The notes under the pieces: model-generated
The model's database searches: none
Told to the model about the DNA's origin: nothing
The model's input: the letters and a program-made list of their open reading frames with translations, nothing else
Part shown: positions 18,704 to 28,374 of the stretch, piece after piece
How the letters are laid out: every line of letters begins with the position of its first letter
How positions within the stretch are numbered: the stretch's first letter is position 1
Position numbers and translations under genes: made by a program
Origin: an uncultured SAR116 cluster alpha proteobacterium
Lineage (GTDB): Bacteria > Pseudomonadota > Alphaproteobacteria > Puniceispirillales > Marisalimonadaceae
Direction: 5' to 3'
NCBI GenBank assembly: GCA_902529515.1
Contig: CABZWX010000004.1
Location: forward strand, 8,102-72,101
Length of the DNA stretch: 64,000 nt

Positions 18704-19278
18704 TTTCTGAACTATTAATTAATGCTTTTTTAGTTACAATTATGCTTAGTATCGCAATAGCTCTAATTAAAACTAGAACTGTTATATTTACCGTAATTTT
18801 GACAAGTGCATATTCTCTTGTTGCTGCATTAATGTTTATAACATTAGATGCAGTTGACGTTGCGTTTACAGAAGCATCAGTTGGCGCAGGAATCTCTACT
18901 ATACTATTTTTAGCAGCTATGGCTTATTTGCCCAAAAAAGAAGTAGAGAGCATTAGCAGTGAATTTATTCCGGCACTTTCTTGTATAATCCTAGGAGGAA
19001 TATTAATCTGGTGTAGTTTTGATTTACCTGAAATTGGTCAGTTAACAGCTCCAATACACCAACATATTGCACCTGAATATATTAAAGGATCTAAAGAGGA
19101 TATTGGTATTCCCAATATAGTTACTTCAGTATTGGCAAGTTATAGGGGTTACGATACTTTTGGTGAAACAATAGTCGTTTTTACTGCAGGAGTAGCTGTG
19201 CTTGCCCTTCTGGAGAAGAAAAACACTACTAAAAAGAATAAATCTCAACCTAAACAAAAGATTAAAAAAAATGCATAA
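18700..19278 (+). CDS. Mrp antiporter DUF4040/MnhB-related subunit (MrpA C-terminal-like)
   Basis: AVDVAFTEASVGAG, PNIVTSVLASYRGYDTFGE. Confidence 0.85.
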   Translation: MISELLINAFLVTIMLSIAIALIKTRTVIFTVILTSAYSLVAALMFITLDAVDVAFTEASVGAGISTILFLAAMAYLPKKEVESISSEFIPALSCIILGGILIWCSFDLPEIGQLTAPIHQHIAPEYIKGSKEDIGIPNIVTSVLASYRGYDTFGETIVVFTAGVAVLALLEKKNTTKKNKSQPKQKIKKNA

Positions 19279-19699
19279 TAATCCGATTTTGAGAATTTCT
19301 ACTAAAATACTTTTTGCACCTATCATACTTTTTGGACTTTATGTACAATTTCATGGAGATTTTGGTCCTGGAGGAGGCTTCCAAGCTGGAGTAATTGTAG
19401 CTAGTGCATTTATCCTATATTCTCTTGTATTTGGTATTGAGGCAGGCAAAAAACTGTTTCCAACAAACGTTAATTTGATATTACTGGCTTTAGGCGGAAT
19501 AGTCTATGGTGGTGTTGGCATTGTTTCAATTATATTAGGAGATGAGTTTTTAGCGTACAATATACTTGGTTCTTCCCCACAATCAGGTCAGCACATTGGT
19601 ATACTGTTAGTTGAATTTGGTGTTGGTTTAACAGTTTCAAACGTAATGATTGCACTTTTTAACGCTTTCGCTAGTTACGATAAAGTAAAAGAGAAATAA
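19271..19699 (+). CDS. mrpB: Mrp antiporter subunit B (start moved to ATG 19271)
   Basis: HGDFGPGGGFQAG. Confidence 0.88.
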   Translation: MHNNPILRISTKILFAPIILFGLYVQFHGDFGPGGGFQAGVIVASAFILYSLVFGIEAGKKLFPTNVNLILLALGGIVYGGVGIVSIILGDEFLAYNILGSSPQSGQHIGILLVEFGVGLTVSNVMIALFNAFASYDKVKEK

Positions 19700-19700
19700 A

Positions 19701-20114
19701 ATGATTTCTTCAACAATTGGCATTTGGAATTACTGGATAGTTTTTTGTCTAATGATGATTGGTTTGTTTCTAGTAATAGGGAGAAAAAATTTTTTAAAAA
19801 AAATTGTTGGATTAGCTATCTTTCAAACATCTGTATTTCTACTATATATAACTTTTGGAAAAATCAAAGGAGGCACACCTCCAATTTTAAATGAATCTAT
19901 TGACACTATTTATTCAAATCCTCTTCCTCACGTTTTGATACTTACAGCTATTGTTGTTGGTGTGGCAACAACAGCTTTGGGATTATCTTTAGTGTTAAGA
20001 ATTAACTCAGAATACGGCAGTATTGAAGAAGATGATGTATCTGCACAAGATCTTGTAGATTATCACGATGACATTGAAACTGGCAAAAATTTCGATTTGA
20101 AGTTTAAGAAATGA
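19701..20114 (+). CDS. mrpC: Mrp antiporter subunit C
   Basis: NPLPHVLILTAIVVG. Confidence 0.9.
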   Translation: MISSTIGIWNYWIVFCLMMIGLFLVIGRKNFLKKIVGLAIFQTSVFLLYITFGKIKGGTPPILNESIDTIYSNPLPHVLILTAIVVGVATTALGLSLVLRINSEYGSIEEDDVSAQDLVDYHDDIETGKNFDLKFKK

Positions 20115-21601
20115 TAGACATTTTAATAAAAAATCTTCCAATTATTGTAGTTTTATGTCCATTGATGATGTCTTTATTAGTTGTGCTGATTCCTAATATA
20201 TTTTTTTCATGGGCTTTGACAACTTTAAGTACTTTTTTAACATTTTTATTTTCGATTTTATTATATCAAGAAATTCAAATTCATTCACATATTTCTTATG
20301 CTTTAGGCAAATGGATGCCACCAATAGGAATAGAATATATTATTGATAAGGTAGCAATAATTCCAATTATAATAATCTCAGGTATAAGTTTTTTAGCAAC
20401 TATCTTTGCTTATAAGATAATGCCTGAGGAAATAGAAAAGAAATCAATATCTAAAGTTTATAGTTTATGGCTTTTAGCTATAGCAGGCTTACTAGGTCTT
20501 GTAACTACAGGCGATGCATTCAACCTCTTTGTTTTTTTAGAAATATCATCTTTAGCCTCTGTTGCTCTTGTGGCAATGGGTGCTCATAAAGATAAACAGG
20601 CTTTAGTTGCCGCTTATAATTACCTTATCATAGGCGCAGTTGGGGCAACGTTATATGTAATAGGTGTAGGATTATTATACGGGGTAACTGGCACTTTAAA
20701 TATGGCAGACTTAACAAATAGAATTGCTGATATCAATAATAACAGAGCATTAATCGCAGGTTTTGGTTTTATGATAATTGGGATTATGGTAAAAGCAGCT
20801 GTTTTCCCATTACATATTTGGTTACCACGAGCATATGCTTATGCTCCATCTGCAGTATCTGTATTACTGGCAGCAACAGCAACAAAAGCTTCTTTGTATA
20901 TATTAGCTCGGATACTATTTTCTATTTTTGAAAATTCAGAAGATTTGGTAAATAACACTTTATTGTTTGTTATACTTCCACTTTCACTATTAGCTATGTT
21001 TGCTGGCACAATTATGGCTATATATGAGAAAGATATTAAAAGGTTACTAGCTCACTCTTCAGTTGCTCAAATAGGATATATAACTCTAGCATTTGCTATT
21101 GGAACAAAAGCGAGTATAGCAGCTGGTTTTATACATATGTTCAATCATGCGATTATTAAAGGTGGTTTGTTCATAGCTATAACGTCAATTGCTTTCTACA
21201 TTAATAAAAGAGTTACTGTAAATAATTTATCTGGTCTAGGTAGAGAAATGCCTATCACTTTTTTTTGTTTTGTCCTATGTTCATTAAGCCTAGCAGGCCT
21301 GCCACTTACAGCTGGATTTATATCAAAATTATATTTAATTAAAGCATCTATCAGCTCAGATGGTATATGGTTAGCAGTACTCATATTAATTAGTTCAGCA
21401 TTATCAGTTGTTTATTTGTGGAAAATAATAGAAGTCATGTGGATGCGTGAGGGAAAAAAAATTGTAAAAAAAGAAAACCCAACAATTTATATATCACTTA
21501 TCATTATAACTTTTCTAAATATTTATTTTGGTCTAGATGCTTCATTAGTTGTTAACGGAAGTTTTGAAGCCGCTGATAAATTAATTGGGGATATAAAATG
21601 A
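20111..21601 (+). CDS. mrpD: Mrp antiporter subunit D (paralogue 1)
   Basis: GDAFNLFVFLE, PLHIWLP, KRLLAHSS, GFISK. Confidence 0.88.
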   Translation: MIDILIKNLPIIVVLCPLMMSLLVVLIPNIFFSWALTTLSTFLTFLFSILLYQEIQIHSHISYALGKWMPPIGIEYIIDKVAIIPIIIISGISFLATIFAYKIMPEEIEKKSISKVYSLWLLAIAGLLGLVTTGDAFNLFVFLEISSLASVALVAMGAHKDKQALVAAYNYLIIGAVGATLYVIGVGLLYGVTGTLNMADLTNRIADINNNRALIAGFGFMIIGIMVKAAVFPLHIWLPRAYAYAPSAVSVLLAATATKASLYILARILFSIFENSEDLVNNTLLFVILPLSLLAMFAGTIMAIYEKDIKRLLAHSSVAQIGYITLAFAIGTKASIAAGFIHMFNHAIIKGGLFIAITSIAFYINKRVTVNNLSGLGREMPITFFCFVLCSLSLAGLPLTAGFISKLYLIKASISSDGIWLAVLILISSALSVVYLWKIIEVMWMREGKKIVKKENPTIYISLIIITFLNIYFGLDASLVVNGSFEAADKLIGDIK

Positions 21602-23055
21602 TAACAATTGAAAATTTTATATTAATAACAATTTTATCACCTCTAGTCGTTTGTGTTTTAACTCCATTCACTTCAAAAAATACAATTTTGATAGATTTCT
21701 TGGGACCAATTGGCGGTATTATTAGTTCTTGGGGTGCTTTAAATATTATGAACTCAGCACTTAATAATCAAAACACCACACTAGAAATTGTTAAGATAGC
21801 TGAAGGAGTATCAATTGGTTTTGAAGTCACACCCTTAGGTGCTATTTTTGGACTGGTTGCATCATTTCTCTGGATTTTTGCAGCTATCTATTCAATTGGC
21901 TACATGAGGGGAAATAAAGAAAAAAATCAAACAAGATTTTATGCATTTTATGCAATGGCTGTTCATGCCGCTATATGTATTGCTTATGCTAGTGATTTAT
22001 TAACATTATTTATCTTTTACGAAATTCTTACATTTTCAACATATCCTCTAGTTACTCATAATCAAAATGAAACAGCTCAAAAAGCTGGTCGATTATATAT
22101 GTCCATATTAGTTGGATCTTCTGTTATATTACTTCTTCCAGCAATCATTTGGGTTTGGGTTGCTACAGGTTCTTTAGAAATGTCCCAAAATGGCGTTTTA
22201 GAAGGAAAATTAGATGCAGCCTATGCACCACTATTATTAGCAATGTTTGTTTTTGGAATTGGAAAGGCAGCACTTATGCCAATTCATAAGTGGCTACCTG
22301 CTGCTATGGTTGCACCAACACCTGTATCCGCCCTTTTACATGCTGTAGCAGTTGTAAAAGCGGGTGTGTTTACAATGTTAATAGTGCTGACAAATGTTTT
22401 TGGAATAGATTTTTTAGCCAAGACAGGTGCATCAGAATGGCTAATCTGGTTAGCATCTTTTACTCTTCTAGCAACAAGTATAATAGCCATTTATAAAGAT
22501 GATTTAAAAGCAAGACTGGCATATTCAACTATTAGTCAACTTTCTTATATAACGTTAGGAGGAGCATTGGCTACTTCAATGGCAACACAAGGCGCAGCTT
22601 TACACATAATTACACACGCTGCTGGTAAAATTACTTTATTTTTTGTAGCAGGAGCTTTGTATGTTGGAGCAAAAATTACAAAAATTTCAGATTTGAATGG
22701 TCATGGCATAAGCGCGCCACTAATTTTTCTTGCTTTTTTTGTTGGTTCACTCTCAATAATTGGAGTTCCTCCAATGGTAGGCTCTTGGAGTAAATTCTTC
22801 TTAATGTTAGGTGCAGCAGACAGTGGTTATGTAGTTGTTATTGGTGTTTTTTGCATATCTACTATACTTAATGCATTTTATTTGATGGAAATCCCTGCTA
22901 GAGCATTCTTTTTTAAAAAAGAAAGAGAAATCAATATAAAAATACCAAAACTTATTTTAATCCCAACTTTAATAACTTCTTTTTTAACTATTTTATTATT
23001 CTTTTTTATAGAACCATTTCAAAATCTAACTTCTATGATTGCGAGTAAGATATGA
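21598..23055 (+). CDS. Mrp antiporter subunit D-like (paralogue 2)
   Basis: WLPAAMVAPTPVSALLHAVAVVKAG, LAYSTISQL. Confidence 0.85.
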   Translation: MITIENFILITILSPLVVCVLTPFTSKNTILIDFLGPIGGIISSWGALNIMNSALNNQNTTLEIVKIAEGVSIGFEVTPLGAIFGLVASFLWIFAAIYSIGYMRGNKEKNQTRFYAFYAMAVHAAICIAYASDLLTLFIFYEILTFSTYPLVTHNQNETAQKAGRLYMSILVGSSVILLLPAIIWVWVATGSLEMSQNGVLEGKLDAAYAPLLLAMFVFGIGKAALMPIHKWLPAAMVAPTPVSALLHAVAVVKAGVFTMLIVLTNVFGIDFLAKTGASEWLIWLASFTLLATSIIAIYKDDLKARLAYSTISQLSYITLGGALATSMATQGAALHIITHAAGKITLFFVAGALYVGAKITKISDLNGHGISAPLIFLAFFVGSLSIIGVPPMVGSWSKFFLMLGAADSGYVVVIGVFCISTILNAFYLMEIPARAFFFKKEREINIKIPKLILIPTLITSFLTILLFFFIEPFQNLTSMIASKI

Positions 23056-23279
23056 AGTACTTAATTGAAAAATTTGGTAAAACAAATACCTCAGTGCTTT
23101 TTCTCTGTATAATTTTTCTAATTTTAGAATTAATTGGACATAGGCATGGAGAAACATCAATAGAAGATATTTTATTCTTTCCAGCTTTTTTTGGATATGT
23201 GTCATGCATAGTTATTTTTAAAATTGGTGTTAGTTTACGATCATTCCTTATGAAAGATGAGGATTATTATGATAAGTAG
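23052..23279 (+). CDS. Small 2-TM protein inside the mrp operon
   Basis: Overlaps both neighbours; two hydrophobic stretches; ends MKDEDYYD. Confidence 0.7.
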   Translation: MKYLIEKFGKTNTSVLFLCIIFLILELIGHRHGETSIEDILFFPAFFGYVSCIVIFKIGVSLRSFLMKDEDYYDK

Positions 23280-24966
23280 CTTTCCTCCAGGTTTAATAAT
23301 GATGATTGGGGCATTATTAATCCCATTTTTACCTCATATTATTAGACAGATATATATGATGGTTCTAATCCTGTTATCAGCCTACGCATTAACATTAGGT
23401 TTTGGTATACACTCTAAAATTAATGTAATGGATATTGAATTCATAATATTTCAATCAGATACCTTAACCTTACCCTTTGCAATAATATTTCACATCGCAG
23501 CTATATTAAATGTCATTTATGGCGCTCACGAAAAACACTGGAATCAGCATGTAGCAATTATGAGTTACAGTGGAGCTGCAATTGCAGCAGTTCATGCTGG
23601 AGACTTATTCACATTATTTATATGGTGGGAAGCAACAGCATTTACTTCAGTTTTTCTGATTTTAGCAAGTAAAACCAAAAGATCTTATAAATCAGCATTT
23701 AGATACATTTTAATTCAAGTTGGTTCTGGCATGTTTTTATTAGCAGGAGCAATTTTATTAATGTCTGAAACTGGTAGTGCTGAATTTAAAAATTTTGATA
23801 TTAATTCCCTTTATGGACAATTAATTTTCATAGCTTTTGGAATAAAAGCAGCTTTTCCATTGTTAAATGGCTGGTTACAGGATTCTTATCCAGAAGCCTC
23901 AGAGATAGGTACAGTTGCTCTTTCAACATTTACAACTAAATTAGCTATTTTTTGTTTTGCCAAATCTTTTGCGGGTACTGAAATACTTATCATAATTGGT
24001 GCAATTATGACTTTTTATCCTATCTTCTTTGCAGTTATTGAAAATGATCTACGAAGAGTTTTAACATACAGCCTTAATAACCAACTTGGCTTTATGATAG
24101 TTGCAATTGGAATTGGTACTGAATTAGCTATTAATGGAGCTGTAGCTCATGCCTTTGCTCATATTCTTTACAAAGGTTTACTATTCATGGGAATGGGAGC
24201 AGTTCTTTATAGAGTAGGAACATGTAAAGCTTCTGAATTAGGAGGGCTATTTAAATTTATGCCGATTACTGCGATATGCACTATTATTGGTGCTATCTCC
24301 ATATCAGCTTTTCCTTTATTTAGCGGGTTTGTTGCAAAATCACTCATAATGTCAGCACTTGGCAAAGAAGGACTAGTTTTTGTCTACTTTATGCTTTTAT
24401 TTGCATCTGCTGGTGTACTTCATCATTCTGGGATTAAAATCCCATTCTTTGCTTTTTTTGCTCATGAAAGTGGTATTAAAACAAAAGAAGCTCCATTAAA
24501 TATGATAATTGCAATGATTACGGCATCTACTCTTTGTATATTAATTGGAGTTTTTCCTTCTTATTTCTATGAAATTCTACCCTATCAAATTCAATATCAG
24601 CCGTATGACTTTAGCCACGTTGTTGGACAGTTGCAGCTTTTAACATTTGCTGCATTTGCATTTATATGTTTATGGCATTTCAAAATCTATCCTCCAGAGC
24701 TAAACTCAACTGTTTTAAATAGCGATTGGATTTATAGAAAAATGATACCAGGTGTTTTACTACCTCTTTTAAATCTCATAAATAACATCAATAAAAAAAT
24801 TGAACAATTAATTGGATTTATGTTTATGTATATTAGAAAGTTTTTTGCTAATATAATGATAAAAAACAAAGTTTTTGATAGAGAAGTTGGTCAAGATACT
24901 CTAATAGTTATACAACTTTTTATAATTTTATTAATTTTCATCTTTGTATGGAAAATTTATTTATAA
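23269..24966 (+). CDS. Mrp antiporter subunit D-like (paralogue 3; start ATG 23269 after GAGGA)
   Basis: GWLQDSYPEAS, FTTKLA, RRVLTYS, HILYKGLLFM. Confidence 0.85.
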   Translation: MISSFPPGLIMMIGALLIPFLPHIIRQIYMMVLILLSAYALTLGFGIHSKINVMDIEFIIFQSDTLTLPFAIIFHIAAILNVIYGAHEKHWNQHVAIMSYSGAAIAAVHAGDLFTLFIWWEATAFTSVFLILASKTKRSYKSAFRYILIQVGSGMFLLAGAILLMSETGSAEFKNFDINSLYGQLIFIAFGIKAAFPLLNGWLQDSYPEASEIGTVALSTFTTKLAIFCFAKSFAGTEILIIIGAIMTFYPIFFAVIENDLRRVLTYSLNNQLGFMIVAIGIGTELAINGAVAHAFAHILYKGLLFMGMGAVLYRVGTCKASELGGLFKFMPITAICTIIGAISISAFPLFSGFVAKSLIMSALGKEGLVFVYFMLLFASAGVLHHSGIKIPFFAFFAHESGIKTKEAPLNMIIAMITASTLCILIGVFPSYFYEILPYQIQYQPYDFSHVVGQLQLLTFAAFAFICLWHFKIYPPELNSTVLNSDWIYRKMIPGVLLPLLNLINNINKKIEQLIGFMFMYIRKFFANIMIKNKVFDREVGQDTLIVIQLFIILLIFIFVWKIYL

Positions 24967-25017
24967 ATTGTAAAATAGTTAAATTAAAAAAGTTTTCTTT
25001 AGAATATTGAGGAAAAA

Positions 25018-25149
25018 ATGAAGAAAAATAAAAAAGATTTACCCGACGGAGTTCCTGAAGAGAATGTTTACGAGAACACTCATATTTTACTGTATGTATT
25101 TTATGCAATAGCCGTTGCAAGTGTAGTTTTATTAATGGTTAATCAATAA
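25018..25149 (+). CDS. Unannotated 43-aa single-TM protein MKKNKKDLPDGVPEENVYENTHILLYVFYAIAVASVVLLMVNQ
   Basis: GAGG 5 nt before ATG; TAA abuts the TTG start of the next gene. Confidence 0.6.
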   Translation: MKKNKKDLPDGVPEENVYENTHILLYVFYAIAVASVVLLMVNQ

Positions 25150-25620
25150 TTGAATAATCTATCAATTTATCAAGAAAAAATATTAAGTCTTGCTGCGAAA
25201 AATAAAAAAGTTATTGCTTTAGAAGACTTTAACCGATCTTTTGAAATGCGTAATCCTATGTGTGGGGACGAAGTAAAAGTTCGACTAAAATTAGTTGAAA
25301 CTAAAATAATTGATATTTCAGCAGTTGTAAGAGGATGCGCACTATGTGAGGCTTCTGCTGGATTAGTTGTTGAATTATTTAAAAATAAAGATGTTCCAGA
25401 TGAAAAATTTTTAGATGAATTTTTAAGTTGGCTTGAAAATACTGAAAAAAGTTTCTCAGATAAATTGCCAATTGAAATGGAGGTTTTTGAACCTATCAGA
25501 GAAATTAAAAATAGACACAGGTGTATAACAATGCCGTTTGAAGCAACTTGTAAGTCTGTTGATATAAAATATAATCAAACTATCAATCAGGAGATACAGA
25601 GTGTTTCCCAAACCAAATAA
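25150..25620 (+). CDS. SufU/IscU-like Fe-S assembly scaffold or sulfur-transfer protein
   Basis: NPMCGD, GCALCEAS, RHRC. Confidence 0.82.
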   Translation: MNNLSIYQEKILSLAAKNKKVIALEDFNRSFEMRNPMCGDEVKVRLKLVETKIIDISAVVRGCALCEASAGLVVELFKNKDVPDEKFLDEFLSWLENTEKSFSDKLPIEMEVFEPIREIKNRHRCITMPFEATCKSVDIKYNQTINQEIQSVSQTK

Positions 25621-25681
25621 TTGCACCAACCAGTACGATTGGATAAAGAATTAATAATATAATGCCAACATCAGGATTCAT
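25583..25681 (-). CDS. Unannotated 32-aa single-TM protein MNPDVGIILLILYPIVLVGAIIWFGKHSVSPD
   Basis: AAGG shortly before ATG; one clean hydrophobic segment; overlaps the tail of the SufU-like ORF. Confidence 0.45.
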   Translation of the reverse strand: MNPDVGIILLILYPIVLVGAIIWFGKHSVSPD

Positions 25682-25790
25682 TTTTAAACCTTTTAATTTA
25701 TATAATAATCATTAAATACGTAATATAAAATAAATTGTAAAAATTACCAGTAACAATATAATTTTTTCAAACAATATTTAAGGCAAATAA

Positions 25791-27416
25791 ATGACTGACA
25801 AAGAGATAATGGAATATGACGTTGTTGTTGTAGGAGCTGGTCCTTCTGGACTAAGTGCTGCTATAAAATTAAAACAACTGACTAAAGAAGCTAATAAAGA
25901 GCTATCAGTTTGTGTGATTGAAAAAGGATCAGAGGTTGGGGCACACATTGTGTCTGGTGCAGTTATTGAAACTAAGGCGTTAGACGAACTTATACCAGAC
26001 TGGAAAGCGAAAAATAGCCCATTAAAAACTGAAGCAAAAGATGATAAATTTTTGTATCTTACAGAGACTAAATCATATCAACTACCTACTCCTCCGCAAA
26101 TGCATAATAAAGGTAACTACATAATTAGTTTAAGCGATTTTACTAAATGGTTAGCGCAACAGGCTGAAGAACTTGAAGTAGAAATTTATCCAGGGTTTGC
26201 CGCATCAGAAGTACTTTTTGACGAAAATAATAAAGTTTTGGGTATAGCAACTTGCGATATGGGAAGATTAAAGGATGGTTCTGAGGGACCTAACTTTGAG
26301 AGAGGTATAGAATTACGAGCAAAACAAACAATATTTTCTGAGGGTTGCAGAGGGCATTTAGGAAAAGTTTTAATGGAAAAATTTAATCTTAATTCAGACA
26401 ACTCTCCACAAACTTACGGCATTGGAATAAAAGAATTATGGGAAGTGACTCCTGAAAACAGTAAACCGGGTAGTATTATGCACACTACAGGATGGCCTCT
26501 AGATAATGATACATACGGTGGATCTTTTTTATATCATTTGGACAATAATAAAGTATCTATAGGCTTCGTAATAGGTTTAGATTATAAAAATCCTTATTTA
26601 TCTCCCTATCTTGAATTTCAACGTTTCAAACATCATCCTGCAATAAAGAAACTACTTGAGGGTGGAAGAAGGATTAATTACGGTGCAAGAGCATTAAATG
26701 AAGGTGGGGTTCAGTCTTTACCAAAACTGACTTTTCCTGGTGGAATTTTATCAGGATGTGAAGCTGGTTTTCTTAACGTACCAAAAATTAAAGGAACCCA
26801 TCTAGCAATGAAATCAGGCATGATTGCAGCAGAATCAATTTTTGAAAACATAGATAAAAATGATGAAATATTAGAGTACGAAAGCTCTATTAAGAAAAGT
26901 TGGTTATGGAAAGAATTATACAAAGTAAGAAATATTAGACCTTCTTTTAAATGGGGTTTCTGGAAAGCAATATTTTATAGTGCTATTGATACTTATATTT
27001 TTCGTGGAAATGCACCTTGGACAATCGATCACCATGGAACCGATCACGAAAGTCTTGGTAACAAACATGATTACAAGGAAATAAATTATCCAAAACCTGA
27101 TAATGTAATAAGCTTTGACAGACTTACAAATGTTTCTTTTTCAGGGACAAATCATGAAGAAAATCAACCTTGCCATTTGCAATTAAAAGACGAGAAAGTA
27201 CCTATAAATACTAATTTTGAATTATATGACAATCCAGAGACAAGATATTGTCCAGCAGGCGTATATGAAATTGTTTTAAAAGATAATAAACCAAAACTAC
27301 AAATCAACGCTCAAAATTGTGTCCACTGTAAAACATGTGATATCAAAGACCCAACTCAAAATATTAATTGGGTAACACCACAAGGTGGAGGTGGTCCTAA
27401 TTACCAAGGAATGTAA
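25791..27416 (+). CDS. Electron transfer flavoprotein-ubiquinone oxidoreductase
   Basis: VGAGPSG, EKGSEVGAH, PKIKGTH, YCPAGVYE, NCVHCKTCDIKDP. Confidence 0.95.
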   Translation: MTDKEIMEYDVVVVGAGPSGLSAAIKLKQLTKEANKELSVCVIEKGSEVGAHIVSGAVIETKALDELIPDWKAKNSPLKTEAKDDKFLYLTETKSYQLPTPPQMHNKGNYIISLSDFTKWLAQQAEELEVEIYPGFAASEVLFDENNKVLGIATCDMGRLKDGSEGPNFERGIELRAKQTIFSEGCRGHLGKVLMEKFNLNSDNSPQTYGIGIKELWEVTPENSKPGSIMHTTGWPLDNDTYGGSFLYHLDNNKVSIGFVIGLDYKNPYLSPYLEFQRFKHHPAIKKLLEGGRRINYGARALNEGGVQSLPKLTFPGGILSGCEAGFLNVPKIKGTHLAMKSGMIAAESIFENIDKNDEILEYESSIKKSWLWKELYKVRNIRPSFKWGFWKAIFYSAIDTYIFRGNAPWTIDHHGTDHESLGNKHDYKEINYPKPDNVISFDRLTNVSFSGTNHEENQPCHLQLKDEKVPINTNFELYDNPETRYCPAGVYEIVLKDNKPKLQINAQNCVHCKTCDIKDPTQNINWVTPQGGGGPNYQGM

Positions 27417-27459
27417 TTTTAAAACAATTAGTTAGACTTAACTAAATTATTTAATTAAC

Positions 27460-28374
27460 ATGATAAATAAAATAAAGGATTTCGATTTGAATCAATCGTT
27501 GGTTGGTATTTTGTGGATGGTAATCACTACAATTTTGTTTGTTGGCGTTACCGCTACAGTAAGATATTTAGAGGGAGAAGTACCTGCTCCACAAGCTGCT
27601 TTCTTAAGATATGCAATAGGGACAATTCTATTAATTCCTTCATTGATTTCATTAACAAAATTCAGACCTCATAAACCTTTGATGAAAAAATTTATTTTAA
27701 GAGGATTTGTTCACTCTATTGGTGTTACTTTATGGTTTTATGCTATGTCTGTTATGCCCGTCGCAGAGGTGACAGCAATTGGTTTTCTAACATATATTTT
27801 TGTGTCCTTTGGAGCATGTTTTATTCTAAAGGAAACTTTACATAAACACAGGTTATTCGCAATAATAATATCTTTTATTGGCGCTCTTATAATTTTAAGA
27901 CCAGGTTTTAAGATAGTTGAAAGTGGCCAAATAAGTATGTTATTGGCAACTGTAGTTTTCACTATGTCATATCTAATTGCTAAAGTTGTATCGAAAGAAA
28001 GAACTTCTTCTGAAATTGTTGCAATGCTCTCTATTTTTACAACAATATTTTTAATTCCCTCAGCAATTTATAGTTGGGAACCACTTTCTATTGAAGCTTT
28101 ATTAATACTAACTGTCACTGCAATAATAGCAACTATTGGACATATAACTATGACAAAAGCCATAAAAGTAGCACCAATGGTTGTAACTCAGCCTATATTA
28201 TTTTTACAACTTGTATGGGCATCTATGGTTGGTTTATTCATCTTTGATGAAAAATTTGATCCTTTTGTAATATTAGGAGGCACAATAATAATGATGTGTG
28301 TCTGCTATGTTTCTTACAAAGAACACAAAATAGATAAAATTAATTCAAATAAAACTTTACAAAAAATAATTTGA
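27460..28374 (+). CDS. DMT/EamA-family transporter
   Basis: About 10 TM segments, ILKE, IILRPG. Confidence 0.85.
   Translation: MINKIKDFDLNQSLVGILWMVITTILFVGVTATVRYLEGEVPAPQAAFLRYAIGTILLIPSLISLTKFRPHKPLMKKFILRGFVHSIGVTLWFYAMSVMPVAEVTAIGFLTYIFVSFGACFILKETLHKHRLFAIIISFIGALIILRPGFKIVESGQISMLLATVVFTMSYLIAKVVSKERTSSEIVAMLSIFTTIFLIPSAIYSWEPLSIEALLILTVTAIIATIGHITMTKAIKVAPMVVTQPILFLQLVWASMVGLFIFDEKFDPFVILGGTIIMMCVCYVSYKEHKIDKINSNKTLQKII

Noticed and set aside
24938-25120. 60-aa minus-strand ORF in the track
   Set aside because: No recognisable features; the opposite-strand 43-aa ORF with RBS and TM explains the region better
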